Of a DNA stretch of 49,767 nucleotides, positions 27,481 through 36,560 are shown one piece after another. The DNA is taken from the IMG/VR virus record IMGVR_UViG_3300005095_000540; one strand, written 5' to 3'. The notes under the pieces were generated by a model. That model did no database searches and was not told where the DNA came from. It was given only the letters and a program-made list of their open reading frames with translations. Position numbers and translations under genes: made by a program. The stretch is from a virus. Position 1 is the first letter of the stretch, and every line of letters begins with the position of its first letter.

Positions 27481-27951
27481 TTATTTATTCTGTTTTTCTT
27501 CGAGTTCTTTATATATTTTTACTGCGAGGGCTTCTGGCTCTGTTTTTTCCGGATCGATTATTATTTTATAGCTGTGAGCATTATGTGGCATCGCCTCTAT
27601 CACTATGTCTTTCTTTCTGAACGGTAGTTTTATTACTAGCATACCCGGTTTTAGTGTAAGGGCGTAGTAGTATCCGGGTATGAAGGACGCCTTTATTGTT
27701 GTGCCGTCCTTCTTTATGAGTTGTTTTATGAAGCGTGATAGCCATTTTCCACGTTTTGTCTTTGATGATATTATCTTGTCTATCATGTAGCTTGCTAGTA
27801 CTGGTATTGTTATTACTCCTAGTGCGGGATTTAGTATTGTTCCTAGAACGGCTATGCCGTAGCCGGCATCTAGTATGTTTGGTGCTTTAAAGCGTAGCTT
27901 CCATATCCGTATTTCTTTTTCCTTTGGTTTAACAAGTGAGATGGAAGGCAT
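27481..27951 (-). CDS. Membrane-anchored hypothetical protein
   Basis: 156 aa with a hydrophobic hairpin at about residues 28-55. Confidence 0.7.
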   Translation of the reverse strand: MPSISLVKPKEKEIRIWKLRFKAPNILDAGYGIAVLGTILNPALGVITIPVLASYMIDKIISSKTKRGKWLSRFIKQLIKKDGTTIKASFIPGYYYALTLKPGMLVIKLPFRKKDIVIEAMPHNAHSYKIIIDPEKTEPEALAVKIYKELEEKQNK

Positions 27952-27998
27952 TATATCACCATACTATAGTTTGTTTTTGATATATATTTATAGATGAT

Positions 27999-28775
27999 TT
28001 ATCTTGGTATTAGGAGTGTGGCTTGTTTTAGCCGTGTTTTCGGTATTTTTATCTGTGTGTGGAACCAGATGTTGTGGGGTAGTCGTGGCTGGCTGGGTGG
28101 CCGTGGTTTCTGTACGGCGGTTTTTCTGGCCTGTGGTTTCATTGTTGTCTTGGTTGTTGGGCCTAGCCATACCTTGTCGTGTCCCCGCCATAGTGTTTTA
28201 CCGTTTACCGTTAGTATTATGTCTAGCTTGTTCGGGCCGGGATGGGGGCTCGGCGCTAGCTGTGCGGCGGGTATTTTGACGCGTATTGAGCCGTCCCGGA
28301 TTGTCCGGCGTGTCAGCTCTAGTGTCTTTGTTTTGCCGGTGTCGTGGTCGCGGACGTGGAGCATGATCGTTGCGGGGATGCCGGGTTTTGACTGGCTGTA
28401 CTGTAGGATTACTACTAGGCCTGTGTTGAGTGGGTAGACCCAGTAATGTATTAGTTTAGGATTGTTCTTGTTTTCTTTTGCAGTGATGTTTATCGGTATT
28501 TTTTGCGCTCCTACTTCTAGCAGGTATGCTCCGGGCTTGTTGAACGCGGCTAGGAGTGTGATTGTGCCATGGTCTCCCTGTAGGTTTATCGGTATGATGT
28601 CTCCGGGGGCTAGTGTGCCTCCGCCGAGTGATGTGCGGTACCCGGTGTTTGATATTGCTTCTATTATTCTTATTGTTGCTTCTCCGTTCTCGGGTGCTTT
28701 GAGCAATCTGATCTTGTCCTGTGTCTTTGTCCATCTCGCCCCAATCTCTATATACTGGTTTGGCGGTGCCTGCAT
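27999..28775 (-). CDS. Beta-rich protein, possibly two Ig-like domains with a basic tail
   Basis: 258 aa, PGAYLLEVG and alternating beta-strand patterns. Confidence 0.65.
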   Translation of the reverse strand: MQAPPNQYIEIGARWTKTQDKIRLLKAPENGEATIRIIEAISNTGYRTSLGGGTLAPGDIIPINLQGDHGTITLLAAFNKPGAYLLEVGAQKIPINITAKENKNNPKLIHYWVYPLNTGLVVILQYSQSKPGIPATIMLHVRDHDTGKTKTLELTRRTIRDGSIRVKIPAAQLAPSPHPGPNKLDIILTVNGKTLWRGHDKVWLGPTTKTTMKPQARKTAVQKPRPPSQPRLPHNIWFHTQIKIPKTRLKQATLLIPR

Positions 28776-28888
28776 TTCTGGTCACTCGTGTTTATTCTTT
28801 TGTTTTTCTTGGTATTTATTGGTGGTTTTCTCGTCGTGTGGGTTTTTATAGTGTCCTGTATCCTTATCTATAGTATGGTGATGGATGT

Positions 28889-29071
28889 ATGTGTGCGGAG
28901 CACGTGTCCCGGCCCCTCCTCCCCGGTGGGCGTTCGGCTACTTTTCCGGCCCAGGTATGGAGGAATGGGGACAGCCTAGTAGTCACCATCAAGAAGCGTG
29001 TAGTCGAGAAGCTCGGATTGAAGCCCGGTGACAACGTCCTCATAACAATAACCGTGCTGGGTGAGCAGTGA
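28889..29071 (+). CDS. AbrB/SpoVT family regulator
   Basis: QVWRNGDSLVVTIKKRVVEKLGLKPGDNVLITI. Confidence 0.85.
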   Translation: MCAEHVSRPLLPGGRSATFPAQVWRNGDSLVVTIKKRVVEKLGLKPGDNVLITITVLGEQ

Positions 29072-29394
29072 TGATGAACACTTACCGTGTAGAGGAGATC
29101 TATCTCGTGAACCGTGAGAAGCACAAGGTTAAGGCCCAGTTCTGGAGGAACAGCAACGGGCGCCTGATAAGGGCGTTTATCTTCACCGACTACGAGGGCG
29201 AGACAGGGGACAGGATAGTGAAGGCACACGTGGTCGTAGCCGTCTCCGACCTAGTAGCCTCCGCGAGCATCGACATGGAGCGCTGGAGGCCCGGCGGCAC
29301 CACCCACGTCAAGAAACATGTGGAAGCCTCAAGCATAGCGAGGACAAGCCCCCAGAAAATCCACGACATGATCAAAAAATCAAGAGGAGGTTGA
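29068..29394 (+). CDS. Hypothetical protein
   Basis: 108 aa, coupled to the AbrB gene. Confidence 0.65.
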   Translation: MMMNTYRVEEIYLVNREKHKVKAQFWRNSNGRLIRAFIFTDYEGETGDRIVKAHVVVAVSDLVASASIDMERWRPGGTTHVKKHVEASSIARTSPQKIHDMIKKSRGG

Positions 29395-29400
29395 GAAGTA

Positions 29401-29583
29401 ATGGTTAGGGTCGAGGTTGATCTTAGGCTCGTTGTTGATGTTGATGAGGAGACAGCGAAGCTACTAATGATATTGCCGGCGTTTGACAGGGACTCGCTTG
29501 CACAGATAGTGTCGAAGCTGATCGCTATACAGAAGGCACAGATTGGGATACAGGTGAAGAAGCATAAGGAGGCTGGTAAGTGA
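29401..29583 (+). CDS. Small protein (VDEET domain)
   Basis: LVVDVDEETAKLLMILPAFDR resembles the C-terminus of the 9929 ORF. Confidence 0.65.
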   Translation: MVRVEVDLRLVVDVDEETAKLLMILPAFDRDSLAQIVSKLIAIQKAQIGIQVKKHKEAGK

Positions 29584-29804
29584 TGAATAAAGTTATTATC
29601 GAGCTTCATGTCGAACCATCGGGACATAAGGTAATAGATGAGTTACGGAGCATGGCATTCCAGTTTAATGAAGGTAATATTAGCGAGTATGATGTACTAG
29701 ATTATCTTAAACAAATGATTCATACTGATAGGATTATTCTCTGGGAACTGAATATCAAGGAATCAAGGAGGCTGGTAAGTGATGGGGTGGAAGAAGGGCA
29801 GTAA
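29580..29804 (+). CDS. Hypothetical acidic protein
   Basis: 74 aa, coupled ORF. Confidence 0.55.
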   Translation: MMNKVIIELHVEPSGHKVIDELRSMAFQFNEGNISEYDVLDYLKQMIHTDRIILWELNIKESRRLVSDGVEEGQ

Positions 29805-29967
29805 GGCTGGCAGGTGTAGGGAGTGTTGGTACTATGTCGGCCTACGTAGCGGCGGCCCCTACTGCCGCAAGCACCACAAGAAGATATCGCCGTACATGGA
29901 GCGTTGCCACGATTATCTACCCGTATGGCTACACTACGGCAGAAAACCAAAGATGACCATGGGGTGA
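29779..29967 (+). CDS. Small Cys/His metal-binding protein
   Basis: CRECWYY...YCRKH...RC. Confidence 0.6.
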   Translation: MMGWKKGSKAGRCRECWYYVGLRSGGPYCRKHHKKISPYMERCHDYLPVWLHYGRKPKMTMG

Positions 29968-29974
29968 ACAAGTA

Positions 29975-30241
29975 GTGTATGGTAGTGTTCTTGAGCCTGT
30001 ACTATTGTTTAACAAGATGCTTATGGAGCTAAAGGAAGAATATGAACGACTGAGATGTCCTATTGAGAGATATTGTCCTTATTGTGAGGAGGACTGCCTA
30101 GGCAACTACGAGTACTGCCCGATATACGTTAGGTGTCGGGATGCCGAAATCGTTGTCAGATGCATATTTGAGGCAGTGCCTATAACATGGCGTGACATCC
30201 CTTCTCTCATCAATAGATTCCTAGAGGGGGCGAGCAATTAA
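29975..30241 (+). CDS. Cys-rich small protein
   Basis: CPIERYCPYCEEDCLGNYEYCPIYVRC. Confidence 0.6.
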   Translation: MYGSVLEPVLLFNKMLMELKEEYERLRCPIERYCPYCEEDCLGNYEYCPIYVRCRDAEIVVRCIFEAVPITWRDIPSLINRFLEGASN

Positions 30242-30594
30242 TGGTTGATATGTCTATGGTTGTATGGCATAGTAGGGTTGAAACCACGGGTTTCATGGCG
30301 TGGGGCCTCCATAGATATGGCTTGTATGACAAGGAGAGGGTGCTTGAGTTCCAGAAGACAGTGTGGACTTACCACTATGAAATATACACTGAGCATGTCG
30401 ATAACTATGATGTGGCTAACGAGGCAATAGTGTCGTTAATGATGCGGTACATGTATGGTCTGCCACATCCCGACGACTATGGCGTGTATCCTGATAAGTA
30501 TATGGTGTTGGAGCTGTGTTGTAATCCGTGGTATTATTACTGGTGGATGTACGACGAGATACTAGACCCAATATTCAGTAGTAGGAGGCGATAA
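30241..30594 (+). CDS. Tyr/Trp-rich hypothetical protein
   Basis: 117 aa, TAATG coupling. Confidence 0.65.
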   Translation: MVDMSMVVWHSRVETTGFMAWGLHRYGLYDKERVLEFQKTVWTYHYEIYTEHVDNYDVANEAIVSLMMRYMYGLPHPDDYGVYPDKYMVLELCCNPWYYYWWMYDEILDPIFSSRRR

Positions 30595-30597
30595 AAC

Positions 30598-30945
30598 ATG
30601 GTGCTGGATAGGTTTGAGGCTGTTCTTTCGTTTGACGAGTTTGTCCGTGTGTGGGAGAGGATTTTGAGGCGGAGCCTCGTGATTGTTAGTAGTTGTCGTG
30701 ATGTGGAGGATAAGGATGTATTGGTGGGTAAGAAGGTTGAATGCACATATACTATTATGGTGGCGTGGGCACGGAGCGTGTTTGGACAAGTGTTTGGCCG
30801 TGAGCCTGTTACTGTGAAGTATGTTGTTACAAGCTATAATGGTGGGCTCGGCGATACCGTTAGCTTCACGGTGGTTGGTGGTTTCCGTGGGGTTAGGGCT
30901 GTGAAGAAGATCATCGGGGAGGTACTGGGGGAGGTGAATGATTGA
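30598..30945 (+). CDS. Hypothetical protein
   Basis: 115 aa. Confidence 0.65.
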   Translation: MVLDRFEAVLSFDEFVRVWERILRRSLVIVSSCRDVEDKDVLVGKKVECTYTIMVAWARSVFGQVFGREPVTVKYVVTSYNGGLGDTVSFTVVGGFRGVRAVKKIIGEVLGEVND

Positions 30946-31103
30946 TGCCTTGGAGTGTTCTTGATCGTGAGCTTGAGTTGTTGGGGCGTCGTAAGCGGAT
31001 AGAGGAGGTCTGCGGCGACCATGGGATGGCTGAGTGGTATGAGCGACGTATCGAGAGGCTAAGGCGGGAGAAGGAACGACTGGAAAGAATGAGGAGGTGG
31101 TGA
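30945..31103 (+). CDS. 52-aa charged coiled-coil peptide (not in ORF track)
   Basis: MPWSVLDRELELLGRRKRIEEVCGDHGMAEWYERRIERLRREKERLERMRRW; GAGGTGA RBS, TGATG coupling. Confidence 0.65.
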   Translation: MPWSVLDRELELLGRRKRIEEVCGDHGMAEWYERRIERLRREKERLERMRRW

Positions 31104-31118
31104 AGGGTGGTACGGATT

Positions 31119-31241
31119 ATGGATAAAAAATGTTATGATGAGTGTATGTCGAAATGTTTTCTTGATATGGATGAATGTATCAAGACATGTACAGAGCAGT
31201 GTGAGATACTAGCAGAGACACGTATAGGAGGTGCTAGGTGA
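31119..31241 (+). CDS. 40-aa Cx3Cx3C-repeat peptide (not in ORF track)
   Basis: MDKKCYDECMSKCFLDMDECIKTCTEQCEILAETRIGGAR; fills the gap and overlaps the next start. Confidence 0.55.
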   Translation: MDKKCYDECMSKCFLDMDECIKTCTEQCEILAETRIGGAR

Positions 31242-31552
31242 TGCGGTTTATTCATCCTAGGGTTATAGACTATATATTTGGTGAGGGAAGCTGTGGTCTT
31301 GTTGCTACTATGAGGAATTATCGGTATAGAGTGGGGCATAGTATCCGTGTAAGGGTTGGGAATAAGGTGTTTTGTGGTAATGTTCTTGCTGTTGTTGATA
31401 ATACTAGGGAGAACGCGGAGAAGTATGTGGAGTATAGTGGTTTTAACAGTGTTGATGAGTGGCTTGGCGAGGCTATTAGATTGCATCATGGTAGGAGGCC
31501 GAAGTATATTGTCTTGGTAAAGCTCTGGGACTGCGGGACAAATAAGAGGTGA
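31238..31552 (+). CDS. ASCH-domain (PUA-like) protein
   Basis: ATMR...VG..I.V pattern and SGFNSVDEW. Confidence 0.65.
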   Translation: MMRFIHPRVIDYIFGEGSCGLVATMRNYRYRVGHSIRVRVGNKVFCGNVLAVVDNTRENAEKYVEYSGFNSVDEWLGEAIRLHHGRRPKYIVLVKLWDCGTNKR

Positions 31553-31559
31553 CTGGACT

Positions 31560-32087
31560 GTGGTTGAGAAGGGTTTCTGGGATAAGTGGGAGAAAGCCGG
31601 TGAGCATGAGAAAATGGAGCTTGCAAGGCATGTGGCTGAACGAATAATGGAAACATGTAGTGCTATGAGTAATAGCTATAATAAATGGATACATTGTATT
31701 GCGTCACTGATTAAGATCTATCTAGATAGTTATCGCGCATACATGGTCGAGATACTGCCCGGCACAAGCGATTACCGTGTAATTGATCTATGTGATTGTA
31801 GCCTTGACGACGATATGCCGGAGCATGAGAAGCTCAACAAACTACTTAACATGGTTACAGCTTTTGTCCATGAAAACTATGGTGTGTGGCTAATACCTCA
31901 TGAGCCGAAAAAGATAGGCAGGGGTATATATTTGTGCAGATTCGGCGTGAAGAACAATCCCAGGATGTGTTTTGACCACTACACCTACGAGGTACACCTG
32001 TACTATGATGGGAAATGCCCATGTATTAAGGTAATTATTGATAATATAAACGAAGTAATACCACATATTAATAACGGTGAAGAGTAA
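31560..32087 (+). CDS. Hypothetical protein
   Basis: 175 aa. Confidence 0.7.
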   Translation: MVEKGFWDKWEKAGEHEKMELARHVAERIMETCSAMSNSYNKWIHCIASLIKIYLDSYRAYMVEILPGTSDYRVIDLCDCSLDDDMPEHEKLNKLLNMVTAFVHENYGVWLIPHEPKKIGRGIYLCRFGVKNNPRMCFDHYTYEVHLYYDGKCPCIKVIIDNINEVIPHINNGEE

Positions 32088-32680
32088 TGCCTGATATGGG
32101 TTTTCTCCGGGTTCTTGAGGACTTGGAGCAGTACGGGTTCTATCCATGGGGAGGGACGGAGACCATGCATAAGGACACGTTATTATTGCTTCAGAAGAGG
32201 CCGTGGCAGTTCCAGTGGCATACAAATATGCCGGTCATCCGTCTCGATGAGAGGCTGACACGTGATGATAGGTTGAAATCGACGGTTACGGATACATATT
32301 TCGTGGAGCCAGACCCCGAGCTGATGGGGTACCACTATCCCAAGTTCTATGTACGCTTACTGGGTGTTAGGCCGTGGGCGTTCTACAACGATATGCTGGA
32401 CGATCTAGGCTATATATTGGAGGAGGAACCACCATACTATGAGACATGGATACATGAGGAGGGCGAACCTAGTGCTGAGGAGGAAGAGCAGGATGCGATC
32501 CAGCGCCACCAGAGGCTTCTAGACGAGCTTGTGGGGAAGCTGAGAGAGATAGGAGTTAAGATATACTGTGAAGAGATCGATGAAAACGAGGACTATATTG
32601 ACTGCTACATAGTGTACCGTGGTGAAGAGTTCTCGATAACCGATGAAATAATAGACGAGTTCCAAGAAGGTGAACAATAA
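32087..32680 (+). CDS. Acidic hypothetical protein
   Basis: 197 aa, TAATG coupling. Confidence 0.7.
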   Translation: MPDMGFLRVLEDLEQYGFYPWGGTETMHKDTLLLLQKRPWQFQWHTNMPVIRLDERLTRDDRLKSTVTDTYFVEPDPELMGYHYPKFYVRLLGVRPWAFYNDMLDDLGYILEEEPPYYETWIHEEGEPSAEEEEQDAIQRHQRLLDELVGKLREIGVKIYCEEIDENEDYIDCYIVYRGEEFSITDEIIDEFQEGEQ

Positions 32681-33465
32681 TGCCTCGTACCAGGGTTGAT
32701 TATGCTACTGATCAGATAACGGTCTACCGGTACTGTTCATACGGGTGCAGATACTGTTATGTCTGGCGCAACAAGCTGTTTGCGGGCCGGGTTATGCGTG
32801 GCAAGTACGACCCAGTCGAGGAGGCTAGAAGGTATCTCGGGAAGACCGGTAGGACAATAGTTGTATCCTTTGTCAGCGACCCCTATCCGCCCGAGGAGGA
32901 CAAGAAGAGGCTTACACGTAGAGTATTGGAGATACTGTGTAGGAGCAGGAACAGGGTCATGGTACTGACAAAGAACCCGGTGCTCGCCCTGAGAGACCTA
33001 GACGTTATGGGGCAGGGTGACTGCTGGCTCGGCACAACGGTCATCACTACTCATCCATGGTGGCACCGTGTACTGGAGCCCCGGGCACCCCCGCCCCTTA
33101 ACCGTTTGCTAGCCCTCTTTAGGGCTAGGGAGAAAGGCATCCATACATGGCTGAGCATCGAGCCAATAATACCCCGTGTCACAGACCTAGACGTGATAGC
33201 ACATCTTGCCGTGGAGCTCGGCATAGACTATGTCGTGCTGGGACGCTACAACTACTGGAAACACATCAGCCTACCCGAAGCCCAGTACCTACGCATAACC
33301 GAGGGCGGCCACGAATTCCTATGGCTTGACGCAAACCCTACATCTGAGGAAGAACTAGTACAGTGGTACCGGGAACACGTACCAAAAACAATAGATTTCC
33401 TCAAAGAACACGGGGTCAAATACCATATAAAGAAAGAACTAGCCAAGGTGCTGAATAATGCCTAG
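32680..33465 (+). CDS. Radical SAM protein (SPL-like subgroup)
   Basis: CSYGCRYC (CxxxCxxC), SDPYPPEE, LTKN, LEPRAPPP, SIEPIIP. Confidence 0.85.
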   Translation: MPRTRVDYATDQITVYRYCSYGCRYCYVWRNKLFAGRVMRGKYDPVEEARRYLGKTGRTIVVSFVSDPYPPEEDKKRLTRRVLEILCRSRNRVMVLTKNPVLALRDLDVMGQGDCWLGTTVITTHPWWHRVLEPRAPPPLNRLLALFRAREKGIHTWLSIEPIIPRVTDLDVIAHLAVELGIDYVVLGRYNYWKHISLPEAQYLRITEGGHEFLWLDANPTSEEELVQWYREHVPKTIDFLKEHGVKYHIKKELAKVLNNA

Positions 33466-33793
33466 GGTTTTTGTTGTTTTTAATGATTGGGAGCGGGTGG
33501 ATGAGATGAGGGTTTATAGTGTTGGGTGGCTTGGTGCCCGGGTTTTCCTGGAGTCTAGGTATCGCTACCATCCGGTTCTCCTGCCTTCTTGTCTTAGGGT
33601 TGTTAGTGAGGTAATAATTAGTTTTGAGGATGAATCGGACAGGGATGCCGAGCATGTAAGGAGAATGATGTGGGTTTTGAAGCATGTATATCATAGTCTT
33701 AGACAGCGGCATTGGGACACAAGCAGAAAATACGTCGAGCTAATAGAGAGTGGAACACTAAAACAATTCCTCAAGGCGATAAACAATGTATGA
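33458..33793 (+). CDS. Hypothetical protein
   Basis: 111 aa, overlapping ORF. Confidence 0.65.
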   Translation: MPRVFVVFNDWERVDEMRVYSVGWLGARVFLESRYRYHPVLLPSCLRVVSEVIISFEDESDRDAEHVRRMMWVLKHVYHSLRQRHWDTSRKYVELIESGTLKQFLKAINNV

Positions 33794-33989
33794 ACACGTA
33801 AGACTTGTTAGAAACGGACAGCTAGTACTTCGACGTCTTGTCGAGAAAATAGTTAGACATTATGATTACTGCGGGGTTTTCTTGAACGAAGATACTGCAG
33901 TGCAGATACTGGTGGAAAAGGGAGAGGAGGCCCTTGATGCTGTCTGTACTATTATTGATACTATGATTAAGTATAGGGGTGATAGGTAA
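33786..33989 (+). CDS. Hypothetical protein
   Basis: 67 aa, overlapping ORF. Confidence 0.6.
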   Translation: MYEHVRLVRNGQLVLRRLVEKIVRHYDYCGVFLNEDTAVQILVEKGEEALDAVCTIIDTMIKYRGDR

Positions 33990-34390
33990 TGGTGTATCTC
34001 TACCGGTTGGCGTGGATCTGGTATGATGATTATGAGCCATATGTACTGGTGCATGAGAAGCAGTTCACCGAGAATGAGTGGCTAGGTATGGTTAGGAAGG
34101 CTATGAGCAAGGCTGTGGACGAGCTTCTCCAGGGAGATGCAAGTATTGGTGGTATTGAGATCGTTGAGAAGACCGTTGAGAAGTTGTGTGAGCTGTACGG
34201 TTTTAGAAAGGCTATGTATGTGGGCGACCTGGAGATTGTTGTGCCGATGCTTATAGATCGGTGGTGTCTGCGGGATGAGGTGGTTAGACGGCTTGCTCGG
34301 TTTATCGGGGAGGAAAGGTTCAGGCGGATCATAGAGCACAACCAAACCATAATCCAGGGATTTTTCGTCGGGAGAGATATGGATGGGTGA
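33989..34390 (+). CDS. Hypothetical protein
   Basis: 133 aa, GGGGTGA RBS. Confidence 0.7.
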   Translation: MVYLYRLAWIWYDDYEPYVLVHEKQFTENEWLGMVRKAMSKAVDELLQGDASIGGIEIVEKTVEKLCELYGFRKAMYVGDLEIVVPMLIDRWCLRDEVVRRLARFIGEERFRRIIEHNQTIIQGFFVGRDMDG

Positions 34391-34444
34391 TTCCTTTTCT
34401 TTAAATATTTTCTCTAGACATAATACTAGGAATAGGGGAAAAGA

Positions 34445-35032
34445 ATGAGCTTCAAGGAGAAAATACTTAGGAAAATAATGGAGCATGTAGACAAGTATCT
34501 CGCCAACTACGACTATAACTATGTGGTGGTAACCGATTATGCTATGATACGTACTGGTTTTCTCATCCTCTACGGGATACTGGGCTTCATAGTATTTAGC
34601 ACAGCCTATAACGAGACATTAGGTGGCCAGGTATTCCTCTACAGCCTCGTAGGAATAGCGATATACATGGTTATCAGTGGCCACATATATGATTTGGAGA
34701 AAGCAAAGGCTAAGCAGAGGATCCGTGAGCTGGGTAGGCGGGTGGCTGAGGAGATAGTTGATAAGGCATACTACTATCTGTACAATGCACTGTATAAGGC
34801 CTTGGAATCTATTGATAAGGATACTCTCCAGAGGCTACAGCGACTCCTCTACGAGCGTGGCGAGATCATGAGGACTATGGATCGTGTGAGCGGGAAGTGC
34901 CGTAAAGCTCTGAGGCGTCAGCTCCACGAGATAGAGCGGGAGATACAGGAGACTATAGAGAAAGCCGTACAGGATAAGCGTCTTGATACTAGGGTATTGG
35001 TTAGGTTGGTAGAGGAGGTGCTCGGATATTGA
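34445..35032 (+). CDS. Two-TM plus coiled-coil protein (paralog of 22280 ORF)
   Basis: Two TM helices, then LGRRVAEEIVD and VSGKCRKALRRQLHEIEREIQ. Confidence 0.75.
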   Translation: MSFKEKILRKIMEHVDKYLANYDYNYVVVTDYAMIRTGFLILYGILGFIVFSTAYNETLGGQVFLYSLVGIAIYMVISGHIYDLEKAKAKQRIRELGRRVAEEIVDKAYYYLYNALYKALESIDKDTLQRLQRLLYERGEIMRTMDRVSGKCRKALRRQLHEIEREIQETIEKAVQDKRLDTRVLVRLVEEVLGY

Positions 35033-35268
35033 CAGATCATGACCCCGAGCTCGAAGAACTATATCGGCTAACCAGGCACTACTGCGGTGTAAACGATAAA
35101 ACAGTGCGGCAGATTGCTAGGGCTATACGTGAAGGCATACTACCCCCACTAACCGGCGTAGTAATGCTCACACTACTAGCATTCCACAAGATAATGTGCA
35201 ACGACATACTAGCCCGTATCAACCAGCTACGGCACTACGAGGAACAAAGCAACTACTGGGGCGAATAA
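35029..35268 (+). CDS. Hypothetical protein
   Basis: 79 aa, TTG start, ends YWGE. Confidence 0.6.
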   Translation: MTDHDPELEELYRLTRHYCGVNDKTVRQIARAIREGILPPLTGVVMLTLLAFHKIMCNDILARINQLRHYEEQSNYWGE

Positions 35269-35269
35269 G

Positions 35270-35560
35270 ATGAATAGGCACAAGCTCTGCGTCATAGCAG
35301 GGATTACCCTGTTTTGTTTCAGCATCACCATGTATTTCTACTTATACCACTTATACCACAATGTATACCTGTGTGATGCATGCCTCTATACATGTGGGGG
35401 CTGTGATTTTAATGATTATACACCACCAATATGTAAAGTATATGCAGTACTGATGTTCATGCTTGTTCTAATGCTCCCCGTAGGCATAGCATTGATACCA
35501 AACATGAAGAAGGAGAAGGAAAACCGATGTGAAGATTATAGTGATTACTGGGGTGAGTAA
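35270..35560 (+). CDS. Two-TM protein with Cys-rich loop
   Basis: TM-CDACLYTCGGC-TM; ends YWGE. Confidence 0.65.
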   Translation: MNRHKLCVIAGITLFCFSITMYFYLYHLYHNVYLCDACLYTCGGCDFNDYTPPICKVYAVLMFMLVLMLPVGIALIPNMKKEKENRCEDYSDYWGE

Positions 35561-35561
35561 G

Positions 35562-36071
35562 ATGGAGGAGCCTGTTTGTAGTGAGGATAGGTTGTTTGAT
35601 GAGAAGGTTATCCGGTTGATCGAGGATACTCACTGGGTCAGAGTGGATCGGGGTAGTATTAGGCGGCGTTACAAGCTTCGTCCCACTAATATCGAGGTAG
35701 ACGTGATGTTCATGGCCCGTACAAACGGTAATGGGGTGCCCCGTATATTCATCTTGGAGCTTAAAGAGAGTGATCTGGACAAGGTGCTACGCCAAGCAGT
35801 GATCCGTAGCCGGTACGCCCATTACACCTACACAGTCATAGATTTCAGCCCAGAATATATCGTGGACTATATTATACGGTACTGGGAGACCCACGCCAAG
35901 AAACTAGCCCAGTACGGCGTAGGGATAATCTCCTACCGGAAACCATGCGACCACTATGATCCAGACTACGGCAAGACAGAGCCAGTACTCGTCAGAAAGG
36001 CCAAGTACCACAACATATACGGGTTCAGCCGCTACCCAGTAGCCAGGCACCCGGTGAAACCCTATGCCTAG
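35562..36071 (+). CDS. PD-(D/E)XK restriction-endonuclease-like nuclease
   Basis: EVDVM...ILELKES...LRQA...YAHYTYTV; likely ATG start at 35562. Confidence 0.7.
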   Translation: MEEPVCSEDRLFDEKVIRLIEDTHWVRVDRGSIRRRYKLRPTNIEVDVMFMARTNGNGVPRIFILELKESDLDKVLRQAVIRSRYAHYTYTVIDFSPEYIVDYIIRYWETHAKKLAQYGVGIISYRKPCDHYDPDYGKTEPVLVRKAKYHNIYGFSRYPVARHPVKPYA

Positions 36072-36501
36072 ATGTATCCTCAGCCTCAGAGGAAACATTG
36101 AGACATGGGCTAGGCGGTTGCTGGACAAGGTGTTCTACAAGGGCTTCACCGACGAGCTCCACGCTGTCTGTCATGGCCCATATCATCCTTGTCAGATAAT
36201 CCGTGGCGACCGATTTGTTGAGCGGATAGAATGTTATCGTCATAATGACTACTGGAACAGCTACCCAGGCGGAGCCATGCATATAAGGATAGACGTATCA
36301 CGGTTCTGCCTCGACTGTGGCATGATAAACAGGATATACCTGCGGCGGGATGGATGCATAGTGTTCAGTCACGACCAGCATGGCTACGAAGGAGTCCACG
36401 TACTAGTACCCAAGAAGTCCCAGCGAGAATACCTAGCCCAAAAACTAGCAGAAACACTCACAAATAAACAAGTATGGAAAACAAAACACTATACTATATA
36501 G
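36064..36501 (+). CDS. Hypothetical protein (His/Cys-rich)
   Basis: 145 aa. Confidence 0.65.
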   Translation: MPRCILSLRGNIETWARRLLDKVFYKGFTDELHAVCHGPYHPCQIIRGDRFVERIECYRHNDYWNSYPGGAMHIRIDVSRFCLDCGMINRIYLRRDGCIVFSHDQHGYEGVHVLVPKKSQREYLAQKLAETLTNKQVWKTKHYTI

Positions 36502-36520
36502 ATTCCTAGACATGTATATA

Positions 36521-36536
36521 GAAAAGCTTTTTATAG
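36521..36536 (+). promoter_or_regulatory. BRE/TATA-like promoter
   Basis: GAAAAGCTTTTTATAG upstream of the 36561 ORF. Confidence 0.5.
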
Positions 36537-36560
36537 TTTCTAGATATATACCTAGAATAG

